In this document: positions 20,244 through 30,722 of the stretch, one piece after another
Layout: each line of letters begins with the position of its first letter
Position numbering within the stretch: position 1 is the stretch's first letter
Virus record (IMG/VR): IMGVR_UViG_3300030019_000026
Length of the DNA stretch: 64,000 bases
Source: a virus
Reading direction: 5' to 3' (one strand)
Position numbers and translations under genes: made by a program
Notes under the pieces: model-generated
The model's input: only the letters and a program-made list of their open reading frames with translations
The model's database searches: none
Told to the model about the DNA's origin: nothing

Positions 20244-20717
20244 ATGTTAAAGTATCGTAATACATATAGGGTGGTAGTTGAGTTCGATAGAAATACATTA
20301 CAGCCAGCAAATAAAGAAGACTTATACATATATTGTAGTAATAAAGGACAAGTTTATCGTTATAATGAGAATACGTTGGTATATTATAGGGATGGTGTTC
20401 TATCGAATAAACTAATAGAGAAACTAGATAGTTTAAAAATTAATTATAAAAATATGACTCAATCAGAAGTATTAATACATTTTGATGAAAAAGATTTAGA
20501 TAAGTTAGTAGATGTATTTAATATAAGAACTAGTGGAGCAGGAATAAGTCCATTTAGTCAAAAGAATTTAAAGTTATTTAAATGGTTTAGAAATAATGAA
20601 GATACATATAGAAAAGCTGGATTGCTAAATGAAAATAAAAGAGAGTTGTCTGATGAAGAAAGAGAAGTATTAAGACAACGTATGATATTAGCTAGAGAGA
20701 AACGTAATAGGTGTTAA
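20244..20717 (+). CDS. Hypothetical phage protein
   Basis: 157-aa ORF with AAGGAGG SD. Confidence 0.6.
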   Translation: MLKYRNTYRVVVEFDRNTLQPANKEDLYIYCSNKGQVYRYNENTLVYYRDGVLSNKLIEKLDSLKINYKNMTQSEVLIHFDEKDLDKLVDVFNIRTSGAGISPFSQKNLKLFKWFRNNEDTYRKAGLLNENKRELSDEEREVLRQRMILAREKRNRC

Positions 20718-21078
20718 AAAGTATTTACTCAGATTAAAACATTTAGTCTATTTCAGGTTCTAGCATACGTAGTCGAATAAGTTGTTAAGTCAATATTTTT
20801 ATATTAAATTCAGATAAAGTTTTGATTTAATTATATATGTTATTAAATTAAAAATATTTGGGTTTTAATTTTAAAAATTAGTTAGTAATATACTTTGTTG
20901 ACTAAGTAATAAAAACGTCTTAGAATTAAAATCTTTTGGTTTCAGTAAATAAAAACTGATAAAGAATAGTGTATTGTATAATGATTAATAAATTAATATA
21001 AATAAAGTTTAAATCAAATGCGTGTTTTTTTGGGAATTTAAAATAAATAAAGAATGAAAAATAAAGGAGAAATGTAAA

Positions 21079-21744
21079 ATGGAAATGAGTAGTAAAATAA
21101 AAGAAATATTATCATCAGTAGATAATTTGGTAAATGAAATTAAAAGAAACGGGTTTGATATACTAGATGAATATAAAGTATTAGATAATAAATTTGAAAA
21201 TGGAATAATACAAGACATATGCTTTGAATTGAAAGATAATCCATTAGATAGAGATTGGGATTACAACGGTTGTATAATTTTAATATTTGAGTATAAAGAT
21301 GATAAAATTCAATGTCAAATTCAATCAGAATCAGTAACAGATGATATAAATTATTCTAATTTTGCAAAATATAATAATTATTGTGATTCTGAAGAAGAAT
21401 TGCCTGATTTCAAGAATGAAACTGATTTTGACAATAAATTTTATTGTAATTTTAATAACCATTATGATACAAAGTATTTTAAAACTATTAATATTTTTAA
21501 AAATATAACAAAATATGTAATCAAAGCAGACTTAAATATTAAAGAATGTATTGAGACTCAAGAAAAAATTGATGAATTTGAATATAAATATTATGAAAAA
21601 ATACTAGATTTAGATTCAGATAATAAATATGGAAAAGCTTATGATGAATTGACAGAAGAAGAACAAGAAGAACTTGATGATGAAAGAGAGGGTATTGCAA
21701 CTTATAACATGATGGTAAGAGAAGGTTGGATTGATGAAGATTAA
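21079..21744 (+). CDS. Hypothetical acidic protein
   Basis: 221-aa ORF with AAGGAG SD. Confidence 0.55.
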   Translation: MEMSSKIKEILSSVDNLVNEIKRNGFDILDEYKVLDNKFENGIIQDICFELKDNPLDRDWDYNGCIILIFEYKDDKIQCQIQSESVTDDINYSNFAKYNNYCDSEEELPDFKNETDFDNKFYCNFNNHYDTKYFKTINIFKNITKYVIKADLNIKECIETQEKIDEFEYKYYEKILDLDSDNKYGKAYDELTEEEQEELDDEREGIATYNMMVREGWIDED

Positions 21745-21784
21745 TCATAAAAAAATTAATTTATAATAAAGGGAGAGTGACAGA

Positions 21785-24565
21785 ATGTCTAAGCAATTGT
21801 ATAGTCAAAGATTTATATTAAAAATCCATTCATCAAGATTAAAGTTAAGCAAATGGAGCTTGGATATAAATTTAAAAGAAGCTAGAGACAATGAAGAATT
21901 AATATCATTAGGGGATGGTCAGTTATTAAGATTCATAAGAGAAATACGAAATATTAACAACACAGAAAAACAAATTAAAGAAATCAAAAAGGAAATTAAA
22001 GATGTAAAAAATGATAAGAATAGTAAAAAAAATAAAGAAAAAATAATGGAATTATATAATGAATTGGATAAAATGTTATATATCAAAGATTATATAGCAA
22101 TTGTATTTGATAAAAAATCAGATTTTGATAGAGCAACTGGAAAGAAAGGTGTATTTATAAATGGGAAGAGATATAAAAGATTAATTGGTACTACTGGAGG
22201 TGTAAAAGGAAATACAGTAATGTTTTGTACTGAGGAAATACATAAAGAATTAAATGATAGATTAGAAAATGGAAGAAAAAAAGACGTTCCAATAATACCA
22301 GCAAAGTTTGAAGCTTATAAATCATTATCTGCAAGTGTATCTACTCCAGTAACTCAAACAGATAGAATATTAGTTATTAAAGATGGAACTACTCACATAA
22401 AAGATAAAGTTATTAGAGTGTATGATAATGATAAAGGTGGATTTAAAGTAGACCATAATGTTGAATATGAAGCTGACAAAGACTTTACAGATGGCGGAGG
22501 AATGGTAAGACCTTCAATTATGGAACAATGGGCTATTGACTTGGGATTAACTAAAGGAGACGATAATGGGGATATAGTTGCTGATTATATCCCAAGTGGA
22601 GTAAACTCAAGATGGTCATATGAAAAAGGAATGCTAGTGACTTATGATTTTGAAATGTTTGCAAAAGAAATAGCTGGTACATATGAAGTTATAGATGCTT
22701 GGGGAAATAAACATGACATTAGAAACATTGATATTATATTAACTACTAATATGCTAAAACTATGGAACGCTTATGATGATATAGACGATTACTTGAACAA
22801 TTGTAAAAAGAATAATTTTTTACTAAGTGTTACAAAAGTTACTCCTAAAGAATTAGAAATAAAAAGAAATATGAATTATCAATACTTACAAAGTTATAAC
22901 TTATCAGATGAAGATATTACTGAATTAACATCCGAAACAGTAAATAATATAAAAGATGTTATAAGTGGTGATTATATAAAATCAATTCTATTTTCAAAAG
23001 GAATACATATAACAAAAGGCAATATTCTGAAATCAGATTATGATTATATAAGAGCTTTAACAATAGATAAAAGAGTGTTACAAGATTCATATGTTAAAAG
23101 TAAAATATATAAAATGATTGAAAAAACAATAAAGGAAGCTAAGAAAGGTGTAATTCAAACTAATGGTTCGTACTCAATAATTATAGGCGATATGTATGCA
23201 CTCTGTCAGTCAATGTTTGGATTACCAATTACGGGTTTATTGAAAAAAGGAGAATTCTATAGTAGGACTTGGTCAGATAGGGGGAAAAAAGAAATAGTAG
23301 GATTCCGTTCACCTATGACTTCTCACAATAATGTTAGAAAACATAAATTAGTTGATAATGAAGAATTAAGAAAATGGTTTAAATACATAAGAACTATGAC
23401 AGTGTTTAATGCTTGGGATACTACAACAGATGCTATGAACGGGGCAGATTTTGATTCAGATGCAGAAATAGAAATAGATGATGATGTCATTACTAGAAAT
23501 ACTAGAAATGAATTAGCTATTATTTGTGAACAAAAGTCAGCAAGTAAAGTAAAAGTTACTGAAAGCTTATTAAAAAAATCAAATAAAAATGGTTTTGGTG
23601 ATGATATTGGAACTATTACTAATAGAGTTACTGCAATGTTCGATGTATTAGCTTCATTAAAAGAAGGAACATTAGAATATAAAGAATTAATGGATAGAAT
23701 AATATGTGGACAAGCATATCAACAAGAAAGTATAGATAAAATAAAAGGAATTCAAGCTAAGCAAATGCCTAAACATTGGTATGATTATAAATGTAATAAG
23801 GTTAAACTTGAAGATAGTAAAGAAATAAGCGAAGAAAAAAATAAGAATATTAAATTAATGGTAAACAAAAAGCCTTATTTCTTTATTTATAACTATGACA
23901 ATTTATTTAATAAATATAGAACATTTATTAAAAATGTTAAAAATAACTCATTAATTAAATTTGGATTGACTTTAGATGAATTAAAAAATAAGGAAAATAA
24001 AACTGAAGATGAGATAAAGTTTTTAAATTCAATACAATATAAAAGTCCAGTATTTTCAAATCCATGTACTATGAATAAAATATGTTGGAAAATTGAAGAT
24101 GAATTCAAAGATATTAAACTAAAAGTTAATAACTCTGATGGGTTTGACAAAGAGATATTAAAGACTAAGGTAAAATATGATAAAAATACATACTTAGAAA
24201 TTGAAAATCTATATAGAGAATATTTAAGACAACAAAAGCAATTTGGGCAAACTGCAAGATATAAATTAACAAAGGAAGAAAAAGATAGTCAAAGACAAAT
24301 ATTTGTTGAAAATTTTAAAACTAAAGCCATTGAGATGTGCTCAAATAGTGAAATATTATGTAATATTGTCATTGATATAACTTATAAGGGCAAGAACCAC
24401 AGGCAATTTGCATGGGATATTTGTGGGGAACAAATCATTGAAAACTTATTAAATAAGAATGACAGGAAATATAAATATCCATTACAAGATAAAAACGGAG
24501 ATATTGAATGGCAAGGGTTAAAATTTAAAGTAATAGAATTGGAGGACAAAGTATGCGAGGAGTAA
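21785..24565 (+). CDS. yonO: YonO-like phage DNA-dependent RNA polymerase (two-barrel, eukaryotic RdRP-related)
   Basis: TDGGG, KGML, FRSP and catalytic NGADFDSD motifs; GTITNR...Q.SIDKIKG; 926 aa; SPbeta-like position before HU. Confidence 0.88.
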   Translation: MSKQLYSQRFILKIHSSRLKLSKWSLDINLKEARDNEELISLGDGQLLRFIREIRNINNTEKQIKEIKKEIKDVKNDKNSKKNKEKIMELYNELDKMLYIKDYIAIVFDKKSDFDRATGKKGVFINGKRYKRLIGTTGGVKGNTVMFCTEEIHKELNDRLENGRKKDVPIIPAKFEAYKSLSASVSTPVTQTDRILVIKDGTTHIKDKVIRVYDNDKGGFKVDHNVEYEADKDFTDGGGMVRPSIMEQWAIDLGLTKGDDNGDIVADYIPSGVNSRWSYEKGMLVTYDFEMFAKEIAGTYEVIDAWGNKHDIRNIDIILTTNMLKLWNAYDDIDDYLNNCKKNNFLLSVTKVTPKELEIKRNMNYQYLQSYNLSDEDITELTSETVNNIKDVISGDYIKSILFSKGIHITKGNILKSDYDYIRALTIDKRVLQDSYVKSKIYKMIEKTIKEAKKGVIQTNGSYSIIIGDMYALCQSMFGLPITGLLKKGEFYSRTWSDRGKKEIVGFRSPMTSHNNVRKHKLVDNEELRKWFKYIRTMTVFNAWDTTTDAMNGADFDSDAEIEIDDDVITRNTRNELAIICEQKSASKVKVTESLLKKSNKNGFGDDIGTITNRVTAMFDVLASLKEGTLEYKELMDRIICGQAYQQESIDKIKGIQAKQMPKHWYDYKCNKVKLEDSKEISEEKNKNIKLMVNKKPYFFIYNYDNLFNKYRTFIKNVKNNSLIKFGLTLDELKNKENKTEDEIKFLNSIQYKSPVFSNPCTMNKICWKIEDEFKDIKLKVNNSDGFDKEILKTKVKYDKNTYLEIENLYREYLRQQKQFGQTARYKLTKEEKDSQRQIFVENFKTKAIEMCSNSEILCNIVIDITYKGKNHRQFAWDICGEQIIENLLNKNDRKYKYPLQDKNGDIEWQGLKFKVIELEDKVCEE

Positions 24566-25323
24566 TATTAAATGAATTGGAAATATATAATAAAGCTATT
24601 GATAAAAATGAGATATCAGATAAACCATTAGAAACGCTAAGAATATTAACAAAGAATTATTTCAAGGATGGTATGGATAAAGAACAAATAGTTGAAACAT
24701 TACATAGATTTATGGCTGGAAATTATATAGGTTATAAACAAACTAAGTGGCAACCTGTATTGGAACAAATGATAAAAAGCGTATCAAAATATGATTCTTA
24801 TGAATTATTAAATATTAAAAGAATCTCAATAACTAAAGAAGAATGGAATAATATATTAACATTAAATAATGACATATTAGAAAGAATATCATTTATAATG
24901 TTAATATATCAAAAGATAAATATTATAAAAAATCCAAAAAGCAATGGATGGATAAATAATTGTATCTCTGATATTTTTAGGGAAGCAAAAGTTGGATATA
25001 CAGGAGACGAACAAAAGAAGTTTTTATACAACCTATATGAGAATGAATATATATTAATGAAAAATACATGTGATTCAAGTTCTCTAAAAATAAATTATAT
25101 AAATGTAGAGAGTGAAGAATTCATATATATTGATAACTTTGAAAATGTTATTAGCTACTATTATGAATATAAGAATAGTGAAGTTTGGAAAGAATGTGAA
25201 TGTTGTAAGAAAAGATTTAAACTAAAGACTAAAAATAGTAATCAAAAATACTGTAATAAATGTGCAAAACAAATAAAAAACGAACAAAATAAAAAGTATT
25301 ATTATAAAAATAATAAATTTTAG
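24553..25323 (+). CDS. RNAP-coupled hypothetical protein with C-terminal Zn ribbon
   Basis: Overlaps the RNAP stop; CECCKKRF...YCNKC. Confidence 0.6.
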   Translation: MRGVILNELEIYNKAIDKNEISDKPLETLRILTKNYFKDGMDKEQIVETLHRFMAGNYIGYKQTKWQPVLEQMIKSVSKYDSYELLNIKRISITKEEWNNILTLNNDILERISFIMLIYQKINIIKNPKSNGWINNCISDIFREAKVGYTGDEQKKFLYNLYENEYILMKNTCDSSSLKINYINVESEEFIYIDNFENVISYYYEYKNSEVWKECECCKKRFKLKTKNSNQKYCNKCAKQIKNEQNKKYYYKNNKF

Positions 25324-25507
25324 GAAAACGTAAAACTACAACAAACGTGATAACCATGCGTGTTTGAATGGTGTGAAAATCAAGAATTCCGATAATCTAA
25401 TATGGTAGGTAATAGTATAATTTTCTAAACCTACAAGTCACTATATGTAGTCATAAATGTGGCGATATACTTTTTAATTTTTTCATAACATTTCATTTTA
25501 CCCCTTT

Positions 25508-25595
25508 ATTTATTTAACTTTTCTCTCTCCTAAATGGACGTTCGGTTATATAACAGATAACTGGCGTTCATTAGAGAGAAAGAGTAAAAAATAAA
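25508..25595 (+). other. Long imperfect hairpin in the intergenic region after the RNAP operon
   Basis: CTAAATGGACG/CGTTCATTAG and GGTTAT/ATAACT arms, extended by TTTTCTCTCT/AGAGAGAAAG. Confidence 0.55.
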
Positions 25596-25719
25596 TGTGA
25601 ACGAAATAAATTAATAGAAGAATAAAAACCAATAAACTTACAGTTTTAATGTCTAATTCAACTGAAAAGTTGTTTTAAAATATATAAGGGTAGTGACCAA
25701 GCACTAAAGGAGAATAGAT

Positions 25720-26187
25720 ATGAATAATAAGCAACAATTAGAACTAATTAAAATTAAAGAAGATGCTATTATGGATGAAATTGAAGAACTAAAAAGACTT
25801 TATGATTTAGATATTATAGAAGAGTATAGAAACTTTAATAATGTATTTATATCGTCTGTAAAAACACTATCACAAATAATGAGAAGTACAATAATATCTA
25901 GATATCACAGTAATGACATCATATCTACTGGCAAGTTTTGTGTAAATGGAGAAGTTGTTGAAGAAGAAATGAAAAATACACTTACAAAAATAAATCCTAT
26001 TATAGTTGATTTTATTAATGATATGATTAATAAGTTTACAAATAAGTCAAAAAATTTATTGAAATTAAGACAGAATGCAACAAGTGAAGATTTTGATTTA
26101 GATGGTATTATGTATCCAAAGTATGCAAAAGGTTATAAATATACTCAACAAATAATAGATGATTATATGAGACTATTAATGGATTAG
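25720..26187 (+). CDS. Hypothetical protein
   Basis: 155-aa ORF with AAGGAG SD. Confidence 0.6.
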   Translation: MNNKQQLELIKIKEDAIMDEIEELKRLYDLDIIEEYRNFNNVFISSVKTLSQIMRSTIISRYHSNDIISTGKFCVNGEVVEEEMKNTLTKINPIIVDFINDMINKFTNKSKNLLKLRQNATSEDFDLDGIMYPKYAKGYKYTQQIIDDYMRLLMD

Positions 26188-26239
26188 TAATTAAAACAAA
26201 TTAATGTTTTAAAATATATTTAAAAAGAAGGAATGTTGT

Positions 26240-26794
26240 ATGTTAGATAATAAAGAACAAGAATACTTAAACAGATATGCTTATTTAGATTGTGGAGGTA
26301 TTAAATTTTCTAAATTTGATAAAGAAGAATTTAAAATCACTTGGCAGAATAAAGTTATGATTGATAAAAACTGGAATTCAACAATTATATTAGTCAAAAC
26401 TGTTACTACAAATGATGATTTAGAAAAAATAAATATTGGTGATATATTTGATTTAGAATTAAAATTTGCAATAAAAAATACAATTAATAATAAATTAGAC
26501 ATTAGATATAATAAGTATAAATTAATGTATTTTGTAAAAGAATTAAGAATACATACTGGTGATACTTTGATAGATACAGTAAGGATATTTACTGATAACA
26601 AAGACGATTTAGATGGTATAGATTCAATTATTACAAGAGAAGAAAATCAACAATTAAGAAATACTATGTATAAATTAAGACCTAACAATGTTACATATAA
26701 TGTAAATTGCGATTTTAATGATTTAAATACTAATGCCGAAAAATTTATAGAAGAAATTAGTAAAATCACAGAGAGACAAATTAAATATAGATAA
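26240..26794 (+). CDS. Hypothetical protein
   Basis: 184-aa ORF with AAGGA SD. Confidence 0.55.
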   Translation: MLDNKEQEYLNRYAYLDCGGIKFSKFDKEEFKITWQNKVMIDKNWNSTIILVKTVTTNDDLEKINIGDIFDLELKFAIKNTINNKLDIRYNKYKLMYFVKELRIHTGDTLIDTVRIFTDNKDDLDGIDSIITREENQQLRNTMYKLRPNNVTYNVNCDFNDLNTNAEKFIEEISKITERQIKYR

Positions 26795-26897
26795 AATATA
26801 ACTTTTAAGTTAATAAATTAATAGAACGATAATTAGTAAATATCCCTATCAAGGGTTATAAATAAAAAATTAGAGAGAAGAAAGAGGAGATTTTAAA

Positions 26898-27203
26898 ATG
26901 AACAAAGAAGGATTATTAGAATTAACAAAAAATGCATTAGGACTAGAAACAAAAAAAGAAGCTGAGGGTTTTCTAAAAGAAGTAGATGCTCTAATGGAAG
27001 CATTATCTAATGGATTAGAAGTAGGACAAAAAGTTAAGGCTGGTAAATACATAGAAGTAGAAAAGAAACATGTTGAAGCTAAACATTCGGATGCTAGAGT
27101 AGGAAGAAATCCTAGTACCGGAGAACCAATAAATATTGATGCTAAGGATTATCCAGCATATGATAAAGTTACAATTAAAGCAACTAAAGCTTTAAATAAG
27201 TAA
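26898..27203 (+). CDS. hup: HU-family histone-like DNA-binding protein (YonN-like)
   Basis: MNKEGLL...; ARVGRNPSTGEPINIDA...; KATKAL. Confidence 0.9.
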   Translation: MNKEGLLELTKNALGLETKKEAEGFLKEVDALMEALSNGLEVGQKVKAGKYIEVEKKHVEAKHSDARVGRNPSTGEPINIDAKDYPAYDKVTIKATKALNK

Positions 27204-27349
27204 TAAGACATTTGAGAAGGATTAGATTAGAAATGATTTAGTTCTTCTTTTTTATTAAAACAAATTAATAAAATATTGATAACTATACTATTATATGTTA
27301 TTATAGTTATATAAGTTCTAAGAGGTATCTTTAAAAGCCCCTTTCAAAT

Positions 27350-27460
27350 ATAGAGACACATTGAGGAGTCATGACCTTAATTAAATAGCTTATCTCAATC
27401 GGCTATGTCTCTATTTTTATTAATGATTGAGAAATAAATTATAGAAAGAAGATTGAGAAA
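27350..27460 (+). ncRNA. Structured three-way-junction 5' leader (copy B)
   Basis: P1 ATAGAGACA/TGTCTCTAT; P2 loop AGTCATGA; P3 loop TATCTCAATC complementary to GATTGAGA at 27425 and 27451. Confidence 0.6.
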
Positions 27461-27461
27461 T

Positions 27462-28466
27462 ATGAAAAAGACAATAGTAGATTATGATGAAACTTTATGG
27501 ATGATACCATACTTTCAAGGTGGGTATGACGAAGCTAAAAAGTATACTCCACATACTTCAAAGAGAGTTAATTTTAAATGTCCTATTTGCGGAAGAGTAA
27601 AAGAGAAATCCACTACAATAAATAGTTTATGTAATACTCATTCAATAGGCTGTATTTGTAATGATGGAATCCCATATACTGAAAAAGTAATATTTAACAT
27701 TTTGGAGCAATTAAAAACTGATTTTATATATCAATTCAAAAAAATAAATGATTTATGGTGTGAAAACAAAATATATGATTTTTGTTTTGGACTAGATGGA
27801 GAAAGATATATTATAGAAACTCATGGAATTCAACATTACGTACAAACTAATAGAAAAAATGCAAAAACATTAGAGGAAGAGCAAGAAAATGACATAATTA
27901 AAAAAGAACTTGCTCTAGCAAACGGAATTAAAAAAGAAAATTATATAGTAATTGATTGTAGATACTCAGATTTAGAGTTTATAAAACGCAATGTATTAGA
28001 CAGTAATTTGGCTACTATTTTTGATTTAAGTAAGATTGATTGGAATAAAGTAGAAGAGTTTGCATTATCAAATCTAGTAAAAGAAATATGTGTTTATTGG
28101 AATGATAATGGTATTACAATGAATGAAATTGCAGTAATGTTTAATTTATGTCCAACTACGGTGTCTAGATATATAAGTAAAGGAATAAAATTGAATTGGG
28201 TGAATAAAATAGAATTCATAAATAATAAAGATTATTCAATGAAATTAGCACAGAAATATGCAAAACAATGTAATTCTAAGCAATTAAAAGTGTTCAAAGA
28301 TGGAGTATATTTAGGTAAATTTAACTCAACTAGGGAACTAGAAAGAATATCATTAGAAAAATTCGGTGTTAATTTTAATCATAGTGAAGTATCTAAAGTA
28401 TGTAAAGGTAAATATAGACAATATAAAGGCTATACATTTGAGTATGTAGAAAAAGAAGCATGTTAA
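27462..28466 (+). CDS. Free-standing homing-endonuclease-like protein (paralogue of 16175 and 58202)
   Basis: FKCPICG, CICNDG, IYDF...YIIETHGIQH, IVIDCR, C-terminal NUMOD1-like EVSKVCKGK..YKGYTF. ATG at 27462 preferred over TTG at 27453. Confidence 0.7.
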   Translation: MKKTIVDYDETLWMIPYFQGGYDEAKKYTPHTSKRVNFKCPICGRVKEKSTTINSLCNTHSIGCICNDGIPYTEKVIFNILEQLKTDFIYQFKKINDLWCENKIYDFCFGLDGERYIIETHGIQHYVQTNRKNAKTLEEEQENDIIKKELALANGIKKENYIVIDCRYSDLEFIKRNVLDSNLATIFDLSKIDWNKVEEFALSNLVKEICVYWNDNGITMNEIAVMFNLCPTTVSRYISKGIKLNWVNKIEFINNKDYSMKLAQKYAKQCNSKQLKVFKDGVYLGKFNSTRELERISLEKFGVNFNHSEVSKVCKGKYRQYKGYTFEYVEKEAC

Positions 28467-28535
28467 GATATGCTTCTTTTTTGATATAAAAAATAATATA
28501 CCGTAAGACGGTGGTAGGGAAAGTGGGTAAAAATT

Positions 28536-29777
28536 ATGGAAAAGGTTAAATTTTATGATACAAATGAATTATTACATAGCATAGATGAAATAGAAGGAAA
28601 GATATTTTTAAGTTCAATAACCCTTCAAGAATTAGAACATATTAAAACTTCAAAAAATAAAGATGAAGATGTTAGATTTGAAGCTAGAAAAGTAACTAGA
28701 TTTTTAAGAGAAAATCAAGATAGTTATGAATGTATAGTTGTTGAAAAGAAACATTATAAACTATTAGATAAAATGAATTTAGAACCTGATAATGATAATT
28801 TAATAATTGCTTGTGCTAAATTATTAGAGAAATGTTATGATGTAGAATTTTTTACAGATGATATTTGTTGTTATAACATAGCTAAGAATATATTTGATTT
28901 AAAATGTAGTGGAATTAAATCTAATACAAAAATCGAAACATATAAAGGTTATGTTGAAATCATTATGACAGATGAAGAATTAGCAAAATTTTATGAAAAA
29001 GAAAATAAAGAAAACATTTATGGATTAGAAATAAATGAGTACTTAATTATAAAAGATACATTAAATCAACCAATTGATGCATGGAAATATATTGGTGATA
29101 GATTTGGATTTGTACAAGTGGACGTAAAGCCTATACAAAGTAAAATGTTAGGTAAGTTGAAAGCCAAAGACTTTTATCAACAATGTGTTCTAGATAGTTT
29201 TCAAAACAATACTATAACAGTAATTAAAGGTAAAGCAGGTAGTGGAAAATCTCATCTAGCTATGAATTTCTTATTTAGTCAAATGGATAAGGGTAAGATT
29301 GATAAGATTATAATGTTTGTTAATCCAGTTGCTACAAGGGGTGCTGTTAAACTAGGTTACTATAAAGGAACTAAAGACGAGAAGCTTTTAGATTCAACTA
29401 TAGGTGCATTTTTACAAGGGAAATTGGCTGATAGTCTTAATGTCCAAACACTTATTGGAACAGGAAAGTTATTATTACTTCCTATGAGTGATGTTAGGGG
29501 ATTTGATACAAGTGGTATGAATGCAGGTATCTATATTACTGAGGCACAAAATATGAGTATTGACTTAATGAAATTAGCGTTACAAAGAATAGGAGACGAT
29601 TGTATTGCTATTATTGATGGTGATGTTGATACACAAGTAGATGATAAGCTATACGAAGGTTCAAATAATGGAATGAGAAGACTTTCAGAAGTGTTTAGAG
29701 GACAAGACTTATATGGTGAAGTTGAGTTAACTGAATGTTATAGAAGTAGAATTGCTAAAATAGCAGAAGAATTATAA
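28536..29777 (+). CDS. PIN-domain PhoH-family protein (PhoH2/YlaK-like)
   Basis: N-terminal PIN (YDTN...DNLII...TDD); GKAGSGKS; RGFD...YITEAQN; IIDGDVDTQVD. Confidence 0.85.
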   Translation: MEKVKFYDTNELLHSIDEIEGKIFLSSITLQELEHIKTSKNKDEDVRFEARKVTRFLRENQDSYECIVVEKKHYKLLDKMNLEPDNDNLIIACAKLLEKCYDVEFFTDDICCYNIAKNIFDLKCSGIKSNTKIETYKGYVEIIMTDEELAKFYEKENKENIYGLEINEYLIIKDTLNQPIDAWKYIGDRFGFVQVDVKPIQSKMLGKLKAKDFYQQCVLDSFQNNTITVIKGKAGSGKSHLAMNFLFSQMDKGKIDKIIMFVNPVATRGAVKLGYYKGTKDEKLLDSTIGAFLQGKLADSLNVQTLIGTGKLLLLPMSDVRGFDTSGMNAGIYITEAQNMSIDLMKLALQRIGDDCIAIIDGDVDTQVDDKLYEGSNNGMRRLSEVFRGQDLYGEVELTECYRSRIAKIAEEL

Positions 29778-29812
29778 AAAATAAATTAATATAATAAAAG
29801 GAGAGAAAAATA

Positions 29813-30037
29813 ATGGCAAAAGCTAAAAAGATACAAGAAAAAATAGTAACTGATCACCAATTTAAAGCAGAAGGAATTTTAAATGTAGATAATTTACAAG
29901 AAGGTATGTTTATTTTAGAAGTTGAGGACATTGGAGAAGTTGATTTAGTAAAATACTTTAAAAAGTTTAATGAATCTAATATTAAATTATCTATTTCTGA
30001 TAAAGATGAGTCAGAAGCTAAGGAAGAACAAGAGTAA
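29813..30037 (+). CDS. YonK-like small protein
   Basis: 74 aa; FNESNIKLSISDKDE resembles the YonK C-terminus; syntenic position before a YonJ-like gene. Confidence 0.55.
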   Translation: MAKAKKIQEKIVTDHQFKAEGILNVDNLQEGMFILEVEDIGEVDLVKYFKKFNESNIKLSISDKDESEAKEEQE

Positions 30038-30107
30038 AACATTGCAGACACTCATGTGAGGTTTGACAATTTATTAATTTTATAACGAATATTAAACGTG
30101 TAACGAG

Positions 30108-30190
30108 AATTGCATAGAAGTAGAAAATGGTTCTCTACAGACTCGAAAGAGTATCTCAGATGATGGATACACCGACCATCCTATGCAATT
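30108..30190 (+). ncRNA. 83-nt four-way-junction (cloverleaf-like) structured RNA candidate
   Basis: Perfect 10-bp closing stem AATTGCATAG/CTATGCAATT enclosing three hairpins, one with a GAAA tetraloop. Confidence 0.55.
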
Positions 30191-30458
30191 TAATAAAACA
30201 ACTATTTTAGAAGGTATTTAAGTGAGGGCTAACACTCATTCCCCAGAGTAATTTTTATTTACTCGTCACTCCTTGAGGGGACGTTAAAATAATATTCAAG
30301 GCAAGGTTAGAATAGGGCGTGAAAACCTAACAAAGTGTTGAATTGAGTTATGATGACTTTAACAAAAAAGTAGGCGATTTGATAATGTGAAGTTATCCAT
30401 CGCCTATATTTCTAAATAAATATTTATAATAGAGTCTGAACGTTGAAAAACATGCAGA

Positions 30459-30695
30459 TTGTTAATGAATATTAAAGTAAAGAGTAAAGGAAGATATAAA
30501 ATGGTGATGAAATTTGATGGACGTGAGAGTAATAAATCTAAGAGAAAAAGACATAAGACACAAAAGTGTTCAAGTTGTAAAAATACGCTAGATATAGATA
30601 CCTATATTGATAGAAATGACTTTGATAGAATAAGTGAAGACACTATTATTATATATTGTGAGAAATGTGGAAATGAAGAATTAATTAAATTATAA
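30459..30695 (+). CDS. Small Zn-finger hypothetical protein
   Basis: CSSC...CEKC; the true start may be an internal ATG. Confidence 0.45.
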   Translation: MLMNIKVKSKGRYKMVMKFDGRESNKSKRKRHKTQKCSSCKNTLDIDTYIDRNDFDRISEDTIIIYCEKCGNEELIKL

Positions 30696-30722
30696 CAAAT
30701 TAAATAAAGGTGAGGGAATAAT

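Noticed and set aside
30108-30190. Canonical tRNA gene or hammerhead ribozyme
   Set aside because: No TTCRA T-loop, 7-nt anticodon loop or CCA. CAGATGA is not the CTGATGA core and the GAAA is in the wrong order.
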